Shown: positions 30,071 through 38,610 of the stretch, piece by piece
Layout of the letters: each line of letters opens with the position of its first letter
Numbering within the stretch: position 1 is the stretch's first letter
Virus record (IMG/VR): IMGVR_UViG_3300014024_000069
Location: 59,159-123,158 of that record
Length of the DNA stretch: 64,000 bases
From: a virus
Taxonomy: Duplodnaviria > Heunggongvirae > Uroviricota > Caudoviricetes
Direction: 5' to 3' (one strand)
The notes under the pieces: model-generated
Databases searched by the model: none
The model's input: only the letters and a program-made list of their open reading frames with translations
Told to the model about the DNA's origin: nothing
Translations under genes and position numbers: made by a program

Positions 30071-30688
30071 CTATTGCAAAGCGTACTCTATCAAATCAAT
30101 ACTGGTGACCTCAACATCAAGAACATCCACTTTCTCATAATGCATTCTCTTTATATACTGAGCAAGTTCTTCTTTGCTTACTTCCTTTTCTTTATTAATT
30201 GTACCCTTTTCAATATCAAAATAGTACATTGCCGCAGGTATATCTAGCTCAAAGACTGATCTTTGAAAATCCTCCTCATCGCTAACAAAAAGAGTCTTTG
30301 AGGGAACACCCTTAAAGACTTGATCGCTGTATTTCCATTTGATTTTCGCATCAATTTCAGCGGCTCCTTTAATGAAGTCAACCTGAAAATCAGTGATTTC
30401 GCTAATTTTTGGGGATTTGGAAACTGTTTTATATTCAGCTTCCAATCTACCGGGAATTATATGAATGCCAGGCTCTAAGAACCCTCCGCCATTTTCTTTA
30501 CCAAACTCACGAAAAACTCCCACTTCACCAGACGGAACAAAAACCATTCTTATAGGAAGGGGTAAAACAAGAGACACCAGAGCAGTCATTGTTGCTACAA
30601 CAATCAAGACTGTTGCAGTGTAAAATAAAAACCACCACATCTTTCCATGTTCAGGGGGTCTCTTTTCTTCTATTACAGCGACAAGCAT
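30071..30688 (-). CDS. Membrane protein with a putative divergent SPFH-like domain (205 aa)
   Basis: N-terminal TM helix, then VPSGEVGVFREFGKENGGGFLEPGIHIIPGRLEAEY, which resembles the start of SPFH/Band-7 domains. Confidence 0.4.
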   Translation of the reverse strand: MLVAVIEEKRPPEHGKMWWFLFYTATVLIVVATMTALVSLVLPLPIRMVFVPSGEVGVFREFGKENGGGFLEPGIHIIPGRLEAEYKTVSKSPKISEITDFQVDFIKGAAEIDAKIKWKYSDQVFKGVPSKTLFVSDEEDFQRSVFELDIPAAMYYFDIEKGTINKEKEVSKEELAQYIKRMHYEKVDVLDVEVTSIDLIEYALQ

Positions 30689-30795
30689 GACTTAACTATA
30701 TCTTCTAAATCTAATAATTGTCAAGACAAATAGACGTAAAAACTGCCCGCCATGATTGGTGCAGCCCTGGTGGGCAGTTAAAACCAGTATCTTGA

Positions 30796-31401
30796 CTAGC
30801 AGTTCGGAGTGTCAGGATTGGGGTGCCCTCCATTCTTTGACTCCACGCTGATGATTTTAATCTCAATTACTTCTATAAACCCATCCTTGTTCAGGTCGCT
30901 CTTTATCTTTTGAGACAACTTGTCTTTGTCAACGGGATTATCTTCACCTGCCAGTTTTTCTTCCTTATCAAAAGAACAAAGGGAAGATTTTATTTTCTTT
31001 TTAAATTCACCTTTTTGTTTCTGTATCATTTCCCCAAATGGAACCAAATATTCAGATTTATTTAAATCTTTAAAACGCCATGTAATCTCTGCCTCAATAG
31101 TAACATTTCTTTGATTGTTATAATTCTCTTCAAGATCTACCCAAACCTTTACCGAGCTAGTCTGCGATGACATAGGGATTATGTCATAAAACTCTCTACT
31201 TTTGTCAAGAACATGAAAACCAGCTCCTGAAACTCTGTCTTCTCCACCAAGAACATATACGACAGCATTTGTATTAAATGGTACAAAAATAATCGTTTTG
31301 TCAAAAGCCGCGAGAAGTATAAGAAATATAACTGGTGTTAATAAAACGATAAAAATAGACGCAACAATGCGTCCTTCTTTGCACCTGTTGTTATTTCGCA
31401 T
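30796..31401 (-). CDS. Membrane protein (201 aa), N-terminal TM helix, possible SPFH-like domain
   Basis: IVASIFIVLLTPVIFLILLAAF TM helix, followed by VYVLGGEDRVSGAGFHVLD. Confidence 0.35.
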   Translation of the reverse strand: MRNNNRCKEGRIVASIFIVLLTPVIFLILLAAFDKTIIFVPFNTNAVVYVLGGEDRVSGAGFHVLDKSREFYDIIPMSSQTSSVKVWVDLEENYNNQRNVTIEAEITWRFKDLNKSEYLVPFGEMIQKQKGEFKKKIKSSLCSFDKEEKLAGEDNPVDKDKLSQKIKSDLNKDGFIEVIEIKIISVESKNGGHPNPDTPNC

Positions 31402-31543
31402 GATCTTAGCCTAGTGTACTGGAGTAACTTTCAGCAAACTAGGCTACCCCCTCCCACCCTGTCAAGCCTGCCCTCGACAAGAAAAATGCCGCCCAATCGA
31501 ACTAGAGTCCAACAGGGCGGGGTGCTTCTTGTGGAACTGTCAG

Positions 31544-32314
31544 TTACCGCTGCACGGTAGGCAGAGCACCTGTGCCAGGGAAGCAATCAAGCGGAGACTG
31601 ATTATTGCGGTCTGCAATGTCAAGACACTTGGACACCAACACCTCAGTAGTGATGCCTTCTGCAAGCTTACGGTTCGCCTCAGACTCAGCAGCAGCGGTC
31701 TTTTGGCGCTGCTCTGCGGTGCGGGTGCGGGCGATTTCTGCCTGCAGCTCGTCCAGTTTGTTCTGCGTAGCCTCATCAAAATCAACAATAGGGATGACAA
31801 CAGAATGAATCTCCACCTTGTCGCCAACCCGCTGACGCATCAGCTCTAGTGTTCTCTGCGCCAATTCTCCCAGATCGTTTCCTTCACGGTTGACGGAATC
31901 GGGTGAGAGTGGGTTGTATCCCGCCATGACCTCGTTGATGGCGCTGCGGAACTCGCGATCAACGAGGTTTTGTCGGATGCCGTCGAAATCCTTGTAATCA
32001 AGGAACAGCTGCTCGGCGCTGTCCAGCTTGATCTGCCAACGCACGCTGGCATCAGCTTTTGCTTTGCTGTTGTTTCCTAATCGGACCTCCACGGCGCGAT
32101 CACCCACGTAGCTATCATTCTGAATAGTTCCGTCCATATCAACAACAGACGCAAACGGTTTCGTTAGGTGCAAACCTGGGGAAAGCACACGACCGGTGCG
32201 CCCAAAATACACCTCCACCCCAACGTTGCGTGGTGGAACAATCGTGGTGCTGAAAATCAGCAGGATAAACAGGACAAAGATCACGATTCCTGATAGCACA
32301 GCGACTTTTCTCAT
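31544..32314 (-). CDS. SPFH/Band-7 (prohibitin/HflK-like) membrane protein (~256 aa from the internal ATG)
   Basis: SD AAGGAGA 9 nt upstream of the ATG at 32314. TM helix, then IVPPRNVGVEVYFGRTGRVLSPGLHLTKPFASVVDMD, followed by a coiled-coil LDELQAEIARTRTAEQRQKTAAAESEANRKLAEG typical of SPFH proteins. Confidence 0.65.
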   Translation of the reverse strand: MRKVAVLSGIVIFVLFILLIFSTTIVPPRNVGVEVYFGRTGRVLSPGLHLTKPFASVVDMDGTIQNDSYVGDRAVEVRLGNNSKAKADASVRWQIKLDSAEQLFLDYKDFDGIRQNLVDREFRSAINEVMAGYNPLSPDSVNREGNDLGELAQRTLELMRQRVGDKVEIHSVVIPIVDFDEATQNKLDELQAEIARTRTAEQRQKTAAAESEANRKLAEGITTEVLVSKCLDIADRNNQSPLDCFPGTGALPTVQR

Positions 32315-32448
32315 ATGTGTATTCTCCTTAATGGGTTTCTCACGGTTTCTCTTTTGGGGCGCGGGCACATGGTTGCAGGTGGGCGCTTGGAACAGAAGAC
32401 GGCACGTGTTCCCCTCACTTGCGGGGCCTACGCCCCCCACTGATGGGT

Positions 32449-32880
32449 TTATTGTTTACCCACTACAGGGCTTTGCCTGTAGTTCTCCTCAAAGAATTGG
32501 ATCAGCGTATGCCCTAGTTCTGTGTCATCGTATTTCCCTCTCACAATGATGTTTTCCGCGTCTTCTCGGATTTCCTTGAAGATACTAAGGGACTCAGGGT
32601 CACCTTCCCTCATTGCGGCGCTAGCGACCACAAACGGGAACTCCGTCTCGTCTTCTGGTGAATCCTGGCGTAGAAAAGACTCCACATCTTCCGCAACATG
32701 GCGGTACTGCTCACCTAGCGCCCTCACTGCCATGTCAACGATACGTCCGCGTAAGGCTTCTGCGCGCGCAGCATCCATCTTCTTTATGGGTACAGTAAAC
32801 ATACACTCATCATAATGGTGTTGCACCATACACCCCAAATCGGGTGTACCCCAATCCCGCTTAACTATGGGAATGCACAC
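32449..32880 (-). CDS. Hypothetical protein (143 aa)
   Basis: ORF only. Confidence 0.4.
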   Translation of the reverse strand: MCIPIVKRDWGTPDLGCMVQHHYDECMFTVPIKKMDAARAEALRGRIVDMAVRALGEQYRHVAEDVESFLRQDSPEDETEFPFVVASAAMREGDPESLSIFKEIREDAENIIVRGKYDDTELGHTLIQFFEENYRQSPVVGKQ

Positions 32881-33064
32881 TGTTCTTCTGGGGTAAGCCT
32901 GTATTCATTTGAGAATCGTGTGCTATATTTCATCTTGAATCCAGTTCGCATCTGGTTTCACTTGAAGGCGCTCTTCCCCTTCAAGACACTTAGGGCCACG
33001 CACCCCAGATGGGCAATCAAAACCATCTGGGGTGCGTGCGTGTTTACGGTGAAACGCTTTCCCA

Positions 33065-33346
33065 TTAGGAGAACATCTGGGCGGATATATCAGCGTTTTG
33101 TTCGTCGTATTTTTCTTGCTGCACTAACCAAAAATCAGCAGTCAACCCAGTGGTATACTCTAGGTTTTCCGCCAGTTCACTGGTGATTGGTTCATCACCA
33201 TTGATAACAGCATCAAGGTCACTTGACGGCATCCCCAATTGTTTCGCAAGGCTTTTCTTTGTGATTTTTGGGTTGTTTTCCAACCATTCACTGATGTAGT
33301 TACCCGGCGGAAGAATGTGCGGTGTTCTTGTGAGATGCGCTGTCAT
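33065..33346 (-). CDS. HigA-like XRE HTH protein (antitoxin-type DNA-binding protein, 93 aa)
   Basis: PGNYISEWLENNPKITKKSLAKQLGMPSSDLDAVINGDEPITSELAENLEYTTGLTADFWLVQQEKYD matches the HigA/VapI HTH pattern (..LA..lG.s....iinG...it...A..L....g....fWlnlQ..yd). Two strong hairpins downstream. Confidence 0.65.
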   Translation of the reverse strand: MTAHLTRTPHILPPGNYISEWLENNPKITKKSLAKQLGMPSSDLDAVINGDEPITSELAENLEYTTGLTADFWLVQQEKYDEQNADISAQMFS

Positions 33347-33542
33347 TGTTGCGTGCTTTCTGTGCTTACATTGTGTTTTATTTCATAAATGACATTTCAC
33401 CCCAGCGAGTCAGGCAAAGAGAGGACTCGCATCCATCCCAGCCCCGTGCTGGGTGCTCTATTGTTTTTGCCTTTTGAACTATGGGGTGAAACATCATGTG
33501 GTGATTTTAACACGCATCACGCCCACAAATACCCCCAATTGA

Positions 33543-33620
33543 TGGTGCCCTTGGCAGGATTTGAACCTGCAACCTTTTCCGTATCAGAGAAACGCTCTCA
33601 CCAGATTGAGCCACAAGGGC
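33543..33620 (-). tRNA. tRNA-Ile (anticodon GAT), CCA encoded
   Basis: RC: GCCCTTG-TG-GCTC-AATCTGGTGA-GAGC-G-TTTCT-CTGATAC-GGAAA-AGGTT-GCAGG-TTCAAAT-CCTGC-CAAGGGC-A-CCA. Confidence 0.8.
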
Positions 33621-33622
33621 TT

Positions 33623-33699
33623 TGGTACCGGAAGCGGGACTTGAACCCGCATCGCCAGTCTTATGAGGACTGTGCTCTACCGAATTAAGCTATTCCGGC
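33623..33699 (-). tRNA. tRNA-Met (anticodon CAT; elongator-type, or a tRNA-Ile2 candidate), CCA encoded
   Basis: RC: GCCGGAA-TA-GCTT-AATTCGGTA-GAGC-A-CAGTC-CTCATAA-GACTG-GCGAT-GCGGG-TTCAAGT-CCCGC-TTCCGGT-A-CCA. No initiator features (no three GC pairs in the anticodon stem; 1-72 is G:U). Confidence 0.7.
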
Positions 33700-33706
33700 A
33701 TGACCG

Positions 33707-33780
33707 TGCCCCAGGCGCGACTCGAACGCGCATCCTCCAATTACGGCTAACGGGGTAGAAGCCCGCACCGATACAAGGGC
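33707..33780 (-). tRNA. Atypical tRNA-like gene, 74 nt, with a good T-arm and acceptor but ambiguous D/anticodon arms (candidate anticodon TCT or CCG)
   Basis: RC: GCCCTTG...GCGCG-TTCGAGT-CGCGC-CTGGGGC-A; the acceptor pairs at 6 of 7 positions. The best internal anticodon-like hairpin is GCGGG-CTTCTAC-CCCGT (TCT), but it leaves no canonical D-arm. An alternative hairpin is CCGTT-AGCCGTA-ATTGG (CCG). Confidence 0.35.
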
Positions 33781-33833
33781 ATTAGTAGCCACTTACCCCA
33801 CGACAAGTAGAATGCCGCATGGGTTGTGTCTAG

Positions 33834-33905
33834 TGCCCCTACCAGGACTCGAACCTGGACCTCCACTTTAGGAGAGTGATGCTCTATCCATTGAGCTACA
33901 GAGGC
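33834..33905 (-). tRNA. tRNA-Arg (anticodon CCT)
   Basis: RC: GCCTCTG-TA-GCTC-AATGGATA-GAGC-A-TCACT-CTCCTAA-AGTGG-AGGTC-CAGG..-TTCGAGT-CCTGG-TAGGGGC-A. Confidence 0.75.
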
Positions 33906-33933
33906 AATATTTCATGGTGAATTTCACCACTAG

Positions 33934-34005
33934 CACTCCCAACGGGATTTGAACCCGTGCTATAACCTTGAAAGGGTTACGTGCTGACCATTACACTATG
34001 GGAGC
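33934..34005 (-). tRNA. tRNA-Glu (anticodon TTC)
   Basis: RC: GCTCCCA-TA-GTGT-AATGGTCA-GCAC-G-TAACC-CTTTCAA-GGTTA-TAGC-ACGGG-TTCAAAT-CCCGT-TGGGAGT-G. Confidence 0.75.
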
Positions 34006-34133
34006 TTAAGATTCCAGCAGAGTTTTCCTAGCTGGAATCCAGATTTATAAAACAAGTAGTACAAACGAGTATTTACTACTGGCTTGCAATTAGAGACTAT
34101 ACACACTTTTTTCCGTAACGGCAAAAGCAAAGC

Positions 34134-35039
34134 TTAACGCCGGTTTTGACGAGGACTAACAGGCATGCCTGCGCCTTTTGCGGCACCAATAATTTTCCTC
34201 TCCGTTGTCTTCATTCCCGTTTCGGTGATCTCCATCAAGCCGTGGACGCGCCAAGGGATAAGCTTTTTGCTGCGGAGCGCACTCCATGTACTACGCAGCA
34301 CCTCAGTATCAGATTGATGCTCAAGCGACCGTTTGCCTGGGCTTGCCGCCCGCGCCACACAGGACACAAGAAGAAACTCTTCCAGATTGCCTACCTTTGT
34401 TGTTGCGAACCCCGTGATGTTAAGACGTGTCCTGCCGTCGGATAGTTGCGCCACAGGGTCACCGTTTTTGTCCATGAACGGCACCTGGATTGACTCGGGG
34501 AAACACATCACGTCGTACTTTTTGAAAAACGCCTCTTCTTCCTCTGACGGTGACAGCATTTCAGGAGCGTACCGCGCGCACACGAAATCCTTCACCGACG
34601 GCGACATGAGAAAACCCGACTCCGCTGACTCCTGACTAAACGCGCGCAACGAATCCAACCACCCCAAATCTAAGGCTTCACCGCGCTCCGCAAAACGTGA
34701 ACTTGCGCTTTCCCAGAAACTTGCGTGTGACAAAAACGACACCTCATACAACAGGTAATCGCGCTGGGTGCGTAAGGAGTTCAGGCTGAAATACAGTTCC
34801 TCTAGGTGTTTATCGCACTTGATTTTAAGTTCAGTGTCCTTGTCCCCTATTTTGTTGATGCGTGCTTTTTGCTCTTTGATCCTGTTTGCGGTCGCGTTTA
34901 CCAGATTGTTGATGTCCTGGAACTCGAAGAACTTATCAAAACTCAGTCTTGTGCGCTCTTTTTCGCTGAGACTGTAAGCTTTGTCTTTAACTCCGAAAAT
35001 ATTTTTCGTGATGTTGATCTCATCTATGAGGTTGTTCAT
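34134..35039 (-). CDS. Hypothetical protein (301 aa)
   Basis: Long ORF; no motif recognised. Confidence 0.5.
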   Translation of the reverse strand: MNNLIDEINITKNIFGVKDKAYSLSEKERTRLSFDKFFEFQDINNLVNATANRIKEQKARINKIGDKDTELKIKCDKHLEELYFSLNSLRTQRDYLLYEVSFLSHASFWESASSRFAERGEALDLGWLDSLRAFSQESAESGFLMSPSVKDFVCARYAPEMLSPSEEEEAFFKKYDVMCFPESIQVPFMDKNGDPVAQLSDGRTRLNITGFATTKVGNLEEFLLVSCVARAASPGKRSLEHQSDTEVLRSTWSALRSKKLIPWRVHGLMEITETGMKTTERKIIGAAKGAGMPVSPRQNRR

Positions 35040-35314
35040 GCCTATTCTCTCTCCTTAGAAGACAATGTCCACCGATAAAACCCATGCAGGGACGGCGCTG
35101 GAAGTCTAATCATACGTCCAACCCTAAGAAAATATCCACACCACCCCACCGGCACAGCAGTGCCCTTGTGCATCAGGAGAGCTGGACCGAAGAAGCTCTG
35201 CTGATGTCTAGGACTAGGCTCCACCCGGCGCGCCGCGCAGGCACTGCTTGCAGTTCGTCAACATGGAGGGGCGACCACTCCCGCGCCATTGACTGCGGTG
35301 CGAGGGTGGGGGGG

Positions 35315-36004
35315 TTATCCCAATGGGCGTTCAGATTGCCCTGACACCCAATCAGTGACCTCTCTGAATACCTCATTGACGAACCCTTGTTGGATTTGCT
35401 TTTCACCTGAGTAGTTGCTTGTTCCTGTGGCGCCGTCGAACGTTTCAACACCCCAGCTTTTCACGTATTTTTCCCATCGATGGTAGGAGTCTTCCCCAAA
35501 ACCTTCTGTGGATTCTTCTGAGCGTCCGTATAGGTAGATGCGTAGTTGCTGGTCTGGTTTGTGTTTGCGGTACAGGATTGCGGTGTCGATGTAGTCGCCG
35601 TTGTATTTGGTGCTGTTGGGGGTTTCACCCATGTTTCGTTCGTAGCAGGCCCGAGGGTATGCGACGTCTATTCCGGGTAGGAAGTTGAATGATTCCCCAA
35701 AATCACGGGCGTTGAGCACGGTGAGGATGTTTTCTTCTGGGAATGACACACTGTCGCCCGCGACGTGTACGGGTTTGTTGTTGAGGATGTTTCTGCGTTC
35801 AGTAATTTTCGCCGTGAGCCACTGCAAGTACTCTTTATGTTGCTCTTCTGGTGTTTTCTGCGCGAATGTTTGCCTCACGCTAGGGGCGCGTAGAACACCA
35901 CTAGCGGATGCTGGGCTACGCCCCATAGCTCTTGTGTTGAGGCGACCGAAAATGTACCTTTGCCGCTCCGTTCCTGGCCCGCCCTGAGCCATGCCGTTGT
36001 TCAT
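35315..36004 (-). CDS. Hypothetical protein (229 aa) carrying an N-terminal leader MNNGMAQGGPGTERQRYIFGRLNT shared with the ArdC-like protein
   Basis: ORF; the first ~22 aa are near-identical in pattern to the N-terminus of the 57402..58661 protein. The rest is unrelated and not recognised. Confidence 0.55.
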   Translation of the reverse strand: MNNGMAQGGPGTERQRYIFGRLNTRAMGRSPASASGVLRAPSVRQTFAQKTPEEQHKEYLQWLTAKITERRNILNNKPVHVAGDSVSFPEENILTVLNARDFGESFNFLPGIDVAYPRACYERNMGETPNSTKYNGDYIDTAILYRKHKPDQQLRIYLYGRSEESTEGFGEDSYHRWEKYVKSWGVETFDGATGTSNYSGEKQIQQGFVNEVFREVTDWVSGQSERPLG

Positions 36005-36132
36005 ATTATTGTCCTACCGCCTGTTGTTTTCTTTGTCCTAGTTTTTGTTTAAAACACGCACTCCTCCCCGCCCGGCGCGCCCGCAGTTTTTATTGCGGGC
36101 GCGTTTTCTTGCTGGGTGGGTGGTGTTTGCTT

Positions 36133-36837
36133 TTACTGTATCCCGTTTGGTGTTCTGCAGCCTTTATCTTGCGGGATGGCTGAGGTTATTTTCCATCCGT
36201 TTTCGGTTTCTTGCGCGAGCACGATCCAGGATGATGAACCGTTCACAGTGTCGGCGGCAGCGTGATAGTCAACGTAACGGACTTGCTGTTCGTTTTGCTT
36301 CATGCACAGCACCATTGCCTCCTCGCGGGCGCCGGCGTCACGGTGCGAGGGGTAGGGGTATTTGTCTGCGTCGAAGACGGTGACGGAACTGAGAATGTCG
36401 GGTTTGCCCATGAAAATCCCAGTTGAGTTTCTTCCGGTTTTCAGCATGCCGCTGACTGCGGGGGTGTATATGTCGGATTTGCGGTCGTCTTTGATGAGTC
36501 GGGTGTCTCCTTGCACGTCCGCTAACCCACCGAGTTTGACGTTTTCCCAGGTTTGCCGGTAGAGGGCGGTGGCCGCGTCCACTGCGTCGTGGGCGTAGGT
36601 GGTGTCGCTTGTTTTGTCGTTGGTGATGTCAACGTTTGCCATTGGTGCGGTGTCTGGGGTGGTGTATGCGTCCACGGTAGGTGTGTTATGCCAGTAGAGC
36701 TGTGTGACAATGCCGAAGGCGGCGACCACGGCTACCGCGCCGCTGATGATGGTTGTGGTGCGGTATTTGCGTTTAGCGTTGTCGTTTTCCCAGGTGTGTG
36801 TGCTTGTGGCGGCGAGGGTGGTGTTATTTCCGGGCAT
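36133..36837 (-). CDS. Membrane-anchored (N-terminal TM) extracytoplasmic protein (234 aa)
   Basis: TTTIISGAVAVVAAFGIVTQLYW TM helix near the N-terminus; Thr/Asp-rich ectodomain. Confidence 0.5.
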   Translation of the reverse strand: MPGNNTTLAATSTHTWENDNAKRKYRTTTIISGAVAVVAAFGIVTQLYWHNTPTVDAYTTPDTAPMANVDITNDKTSDTTYAHDAVDAATALYRQTWENVKLGGLADVQGDTRLIKDDRKSDIYTPAVSGMLKTGRNSTGIFMGKPDILSSVTVFDADKYPYPSHRDAGAREEAMVLCMKQNEQQVRYVDYHAAADTVNGSSSWIVLAQETENGWKITSAIPQDKGCRTPNGIQ

Positions 36838-37450
36838 CGTCGATTTCCTTTGCCTTTTTCTTTGTCATGACGGTGTACATTTGGTGGACTCGCCATACTT
36901 TGTCGTCGCCGCGAACAAGGATAGTGATGACATCATCCTCAAAAGGTTCACTATCGGCGGTGGTTTTGAGGCGCATTTTCGCCATGACAAACCGCACAGG
37001 GCGGTTGTCGTCGCTTTTCATCCCCAGCATTTTACTGTTGTCGAAGTGAGTGCCAAGGATTGAGTCTTGCTCATCGTCAACATAGCCGTGATTGCCGTTT
37101 TTAGTGTATTCAAACAGTTCCTTACGTGAAAGAACCTCCACCGGCATGAAATCCTGCGTCGTACCCGTGGACGGCAGAACATTGGGGCGCGGCAGTCCCG
37201 TGTAATTCCCGTCAGCCTCCGCAGCGTATTTCAACACCGCCAGAGCGTTACCCTGCGCTATATCCTCCATGCGTTCCACATCAGAAGGTGGGGGCTGTTT
37301 ATCAACAATGCTGCGGGAATATGACACATACGTGTCAAGCACATCCCCTTTTCTACTTTCCTTCACCCATATGCCAATACACCCAATGGTGAGGCAGATA
37401 GCCAAAATAGCGGTCACTGCGGCGATGATTTTGTACTTCTTGTCCCCCAT
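36824..37450 (-). CDS. Membrane-anchored or lipoprotein-like protein (208 aa)
   Basis: MGDKKYKIIAAVTAILAICLTIGCIGIWV: signal-anchor with Cys. Confidence 0.5.
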   Translation of the reverse strand: MGDKKYKIIAAVTAILAICLTIGCIGIWVKESRKGDVLDTYVSYSRSIVDKQPPPSDVERMEDIAQGNALAVLKYAAEADGNYTGLPRPNVLPSTGTTQDFMPVEVLSRKELFEYTKNGNHGYVDDEQDSILGTHFDNSKMLGMKSDDNRPVRFVMAKMRLKTTADSEPFEDDVITILVRGDDKVWRVHQMYTVMTKKKAKEIDDARK

Positions 37451-37452
37451 GA

Positions 37453-38394
37453 TTACTGTGCCGCCTCTGGTGCGTTGGTGTACAAGTCACTAAGCTTCCA
37501 CCCGCCATTGGCTTTATGCCACGTGGTGAACACATCCAGCCTTGTTGGTTCAGCAATCACATTGCCTGCAGCATCAAAGAAACCAATCTCCATATGGTAG
37601 GAACGCCCTGTTTTATTCCCAGTGTCATTCCACCCAGTGGCAGTTCCCTGAATGCTTTCCTCCAACAGTGTGACCTTTGTGTAAGCGTCTTTTTCCATCA
37701 ACTGTTCCCATCCTGCCGTGGGGTTAGGGTCAGCTGCGCATACGCTCTTAAGGCGACGCGCCAACGGGGCTTCAATCCACTGTGACTGATACCCAGCAAT
37801 AGCACACGTCATGTGCGGGTAATCCTGCACCCTGAAAGTGTACATGTTACTAATCATGTCTTTAGCCCGCTGCGACAATGCCTTGTCAGTACGCTCATTA
37901 GCAAGCTTCTTCCAATCCTCAGCAGGCTTACCCCCCACGTAATTATTACGCTCAACAGGGTTTTTAAACACATCACCCCACAAGGTAAGCCCAGACTCAT
38001 CAGAATGATTCCCACGGTAACGTTGGTACACAGTCTCCCCATCAGGATTCACCAACTGAGCCTTATTCTCACCAGGAAGCGGCGCACGAGTCTTATCATT
38101 CTTCTTACTGGGCGCTGAACTAGTTGTCGGGGCGGAAGACACAGACCCCTCACCCGTGGTACCACCATCCCCATCAGAACGCCCCCCGCCACGATACTGC
38201 TCACCCAACACCGTGGAAGAACCACCACCTCCATCCTGCTTGCCACTATTACGGTTCATCAACACAAAAACCGCCCCCGCAACAGCAACCACAACAACCG
38301 CAATAATCACCGCAGCCTTAACAAGCGTCCTACGCTCCTCAGCCGTATACGAACGCCTCTTCTTTTTCTTATTCCGACCATCATCAACAGCCAA
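37453..38394 (-). CDS. Membrane-anchored extracytoplasmic protein (313 aa) with a Gly/Ser/Thr-rich linker
   Basis: Basic N-terminus, TM helix AAVIIAVVVVAVAGAVFVLM, then a G/S-rich low-complexity linker and a C-terminal globular domain. Confidence 0.5.
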   Translation of the reverse strand: MAVDDGRNKKKKRRSYTAEERRTLVKAAVIIAVVVVAVAGAVFVLMNRNSGKQDGGGGSSTVLGEQYRGGGRSDGDGGTTGEGSVSSAPTTSSAPSKKNDKTRAPLPGENKAQLVNPDGETVYQRYRGNHSDESGLTLWGDVFKNPVERNNYVGGKPAEDWKKLANERTDKALSQRAKDMISNMYTFRVQDYPHMTCAIAGYQSQWIEAPLARRLKSVCAADPNPTAGWEQLMEKDAYTKVTLLEESIQGTATGWNDTGNKTGRSYHMEIGFFDAAGNVIAEPTRLDVFTTWHKANGGWKLSDLYTNAPEAAQ

Positions 38395-38539
38395 AACAAA
38401 ACCCTTTCACAAAAACAATAGAACCAAAAAATTACTACCACCCATTATATGAGTCTTCACCAAACACAATCAACGAACAGCAACACCACCAAAACAACCC
38501 CTCAAGCAGAAGCAAAATAATCACCCACAAAAACACCCA

Positions 38540-38583
38540 AACCCGGCGCGCCTGCGTTTTTGTTTATGGTGGCGCGCCGGGTT
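38540..38583. terminator. GC-rich palindromic hairpin (AACCCGGCGCGCC...GGCGCGCCGGGTT) flanked by an A-run on one side and a T-run on the other; likely terminator for the upstream large gene
   Basis: 13-bp perfect stem with a T-rich loop; on the minus strand it is followed by TGGGTGTTTTTGTGGG. Confidence 0.6.
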
Positions 38584-38610
38584 GTTTCCCTGTTTTTTAT
38601 GGTGTTGGGG

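Noticed and set aside
33389-33540. Possible HigB-type toxin partner upstream of the HigA-like gene
   Set aside because: Only a 39-aa ORF fits between the HigA-like start and the tRNA array, and the + strand ORF 33389..33688 overlaps tRNAs. No RelE/HigB-like toxin is present, so the HigA-like protein is treated as a stand-alone HTH.
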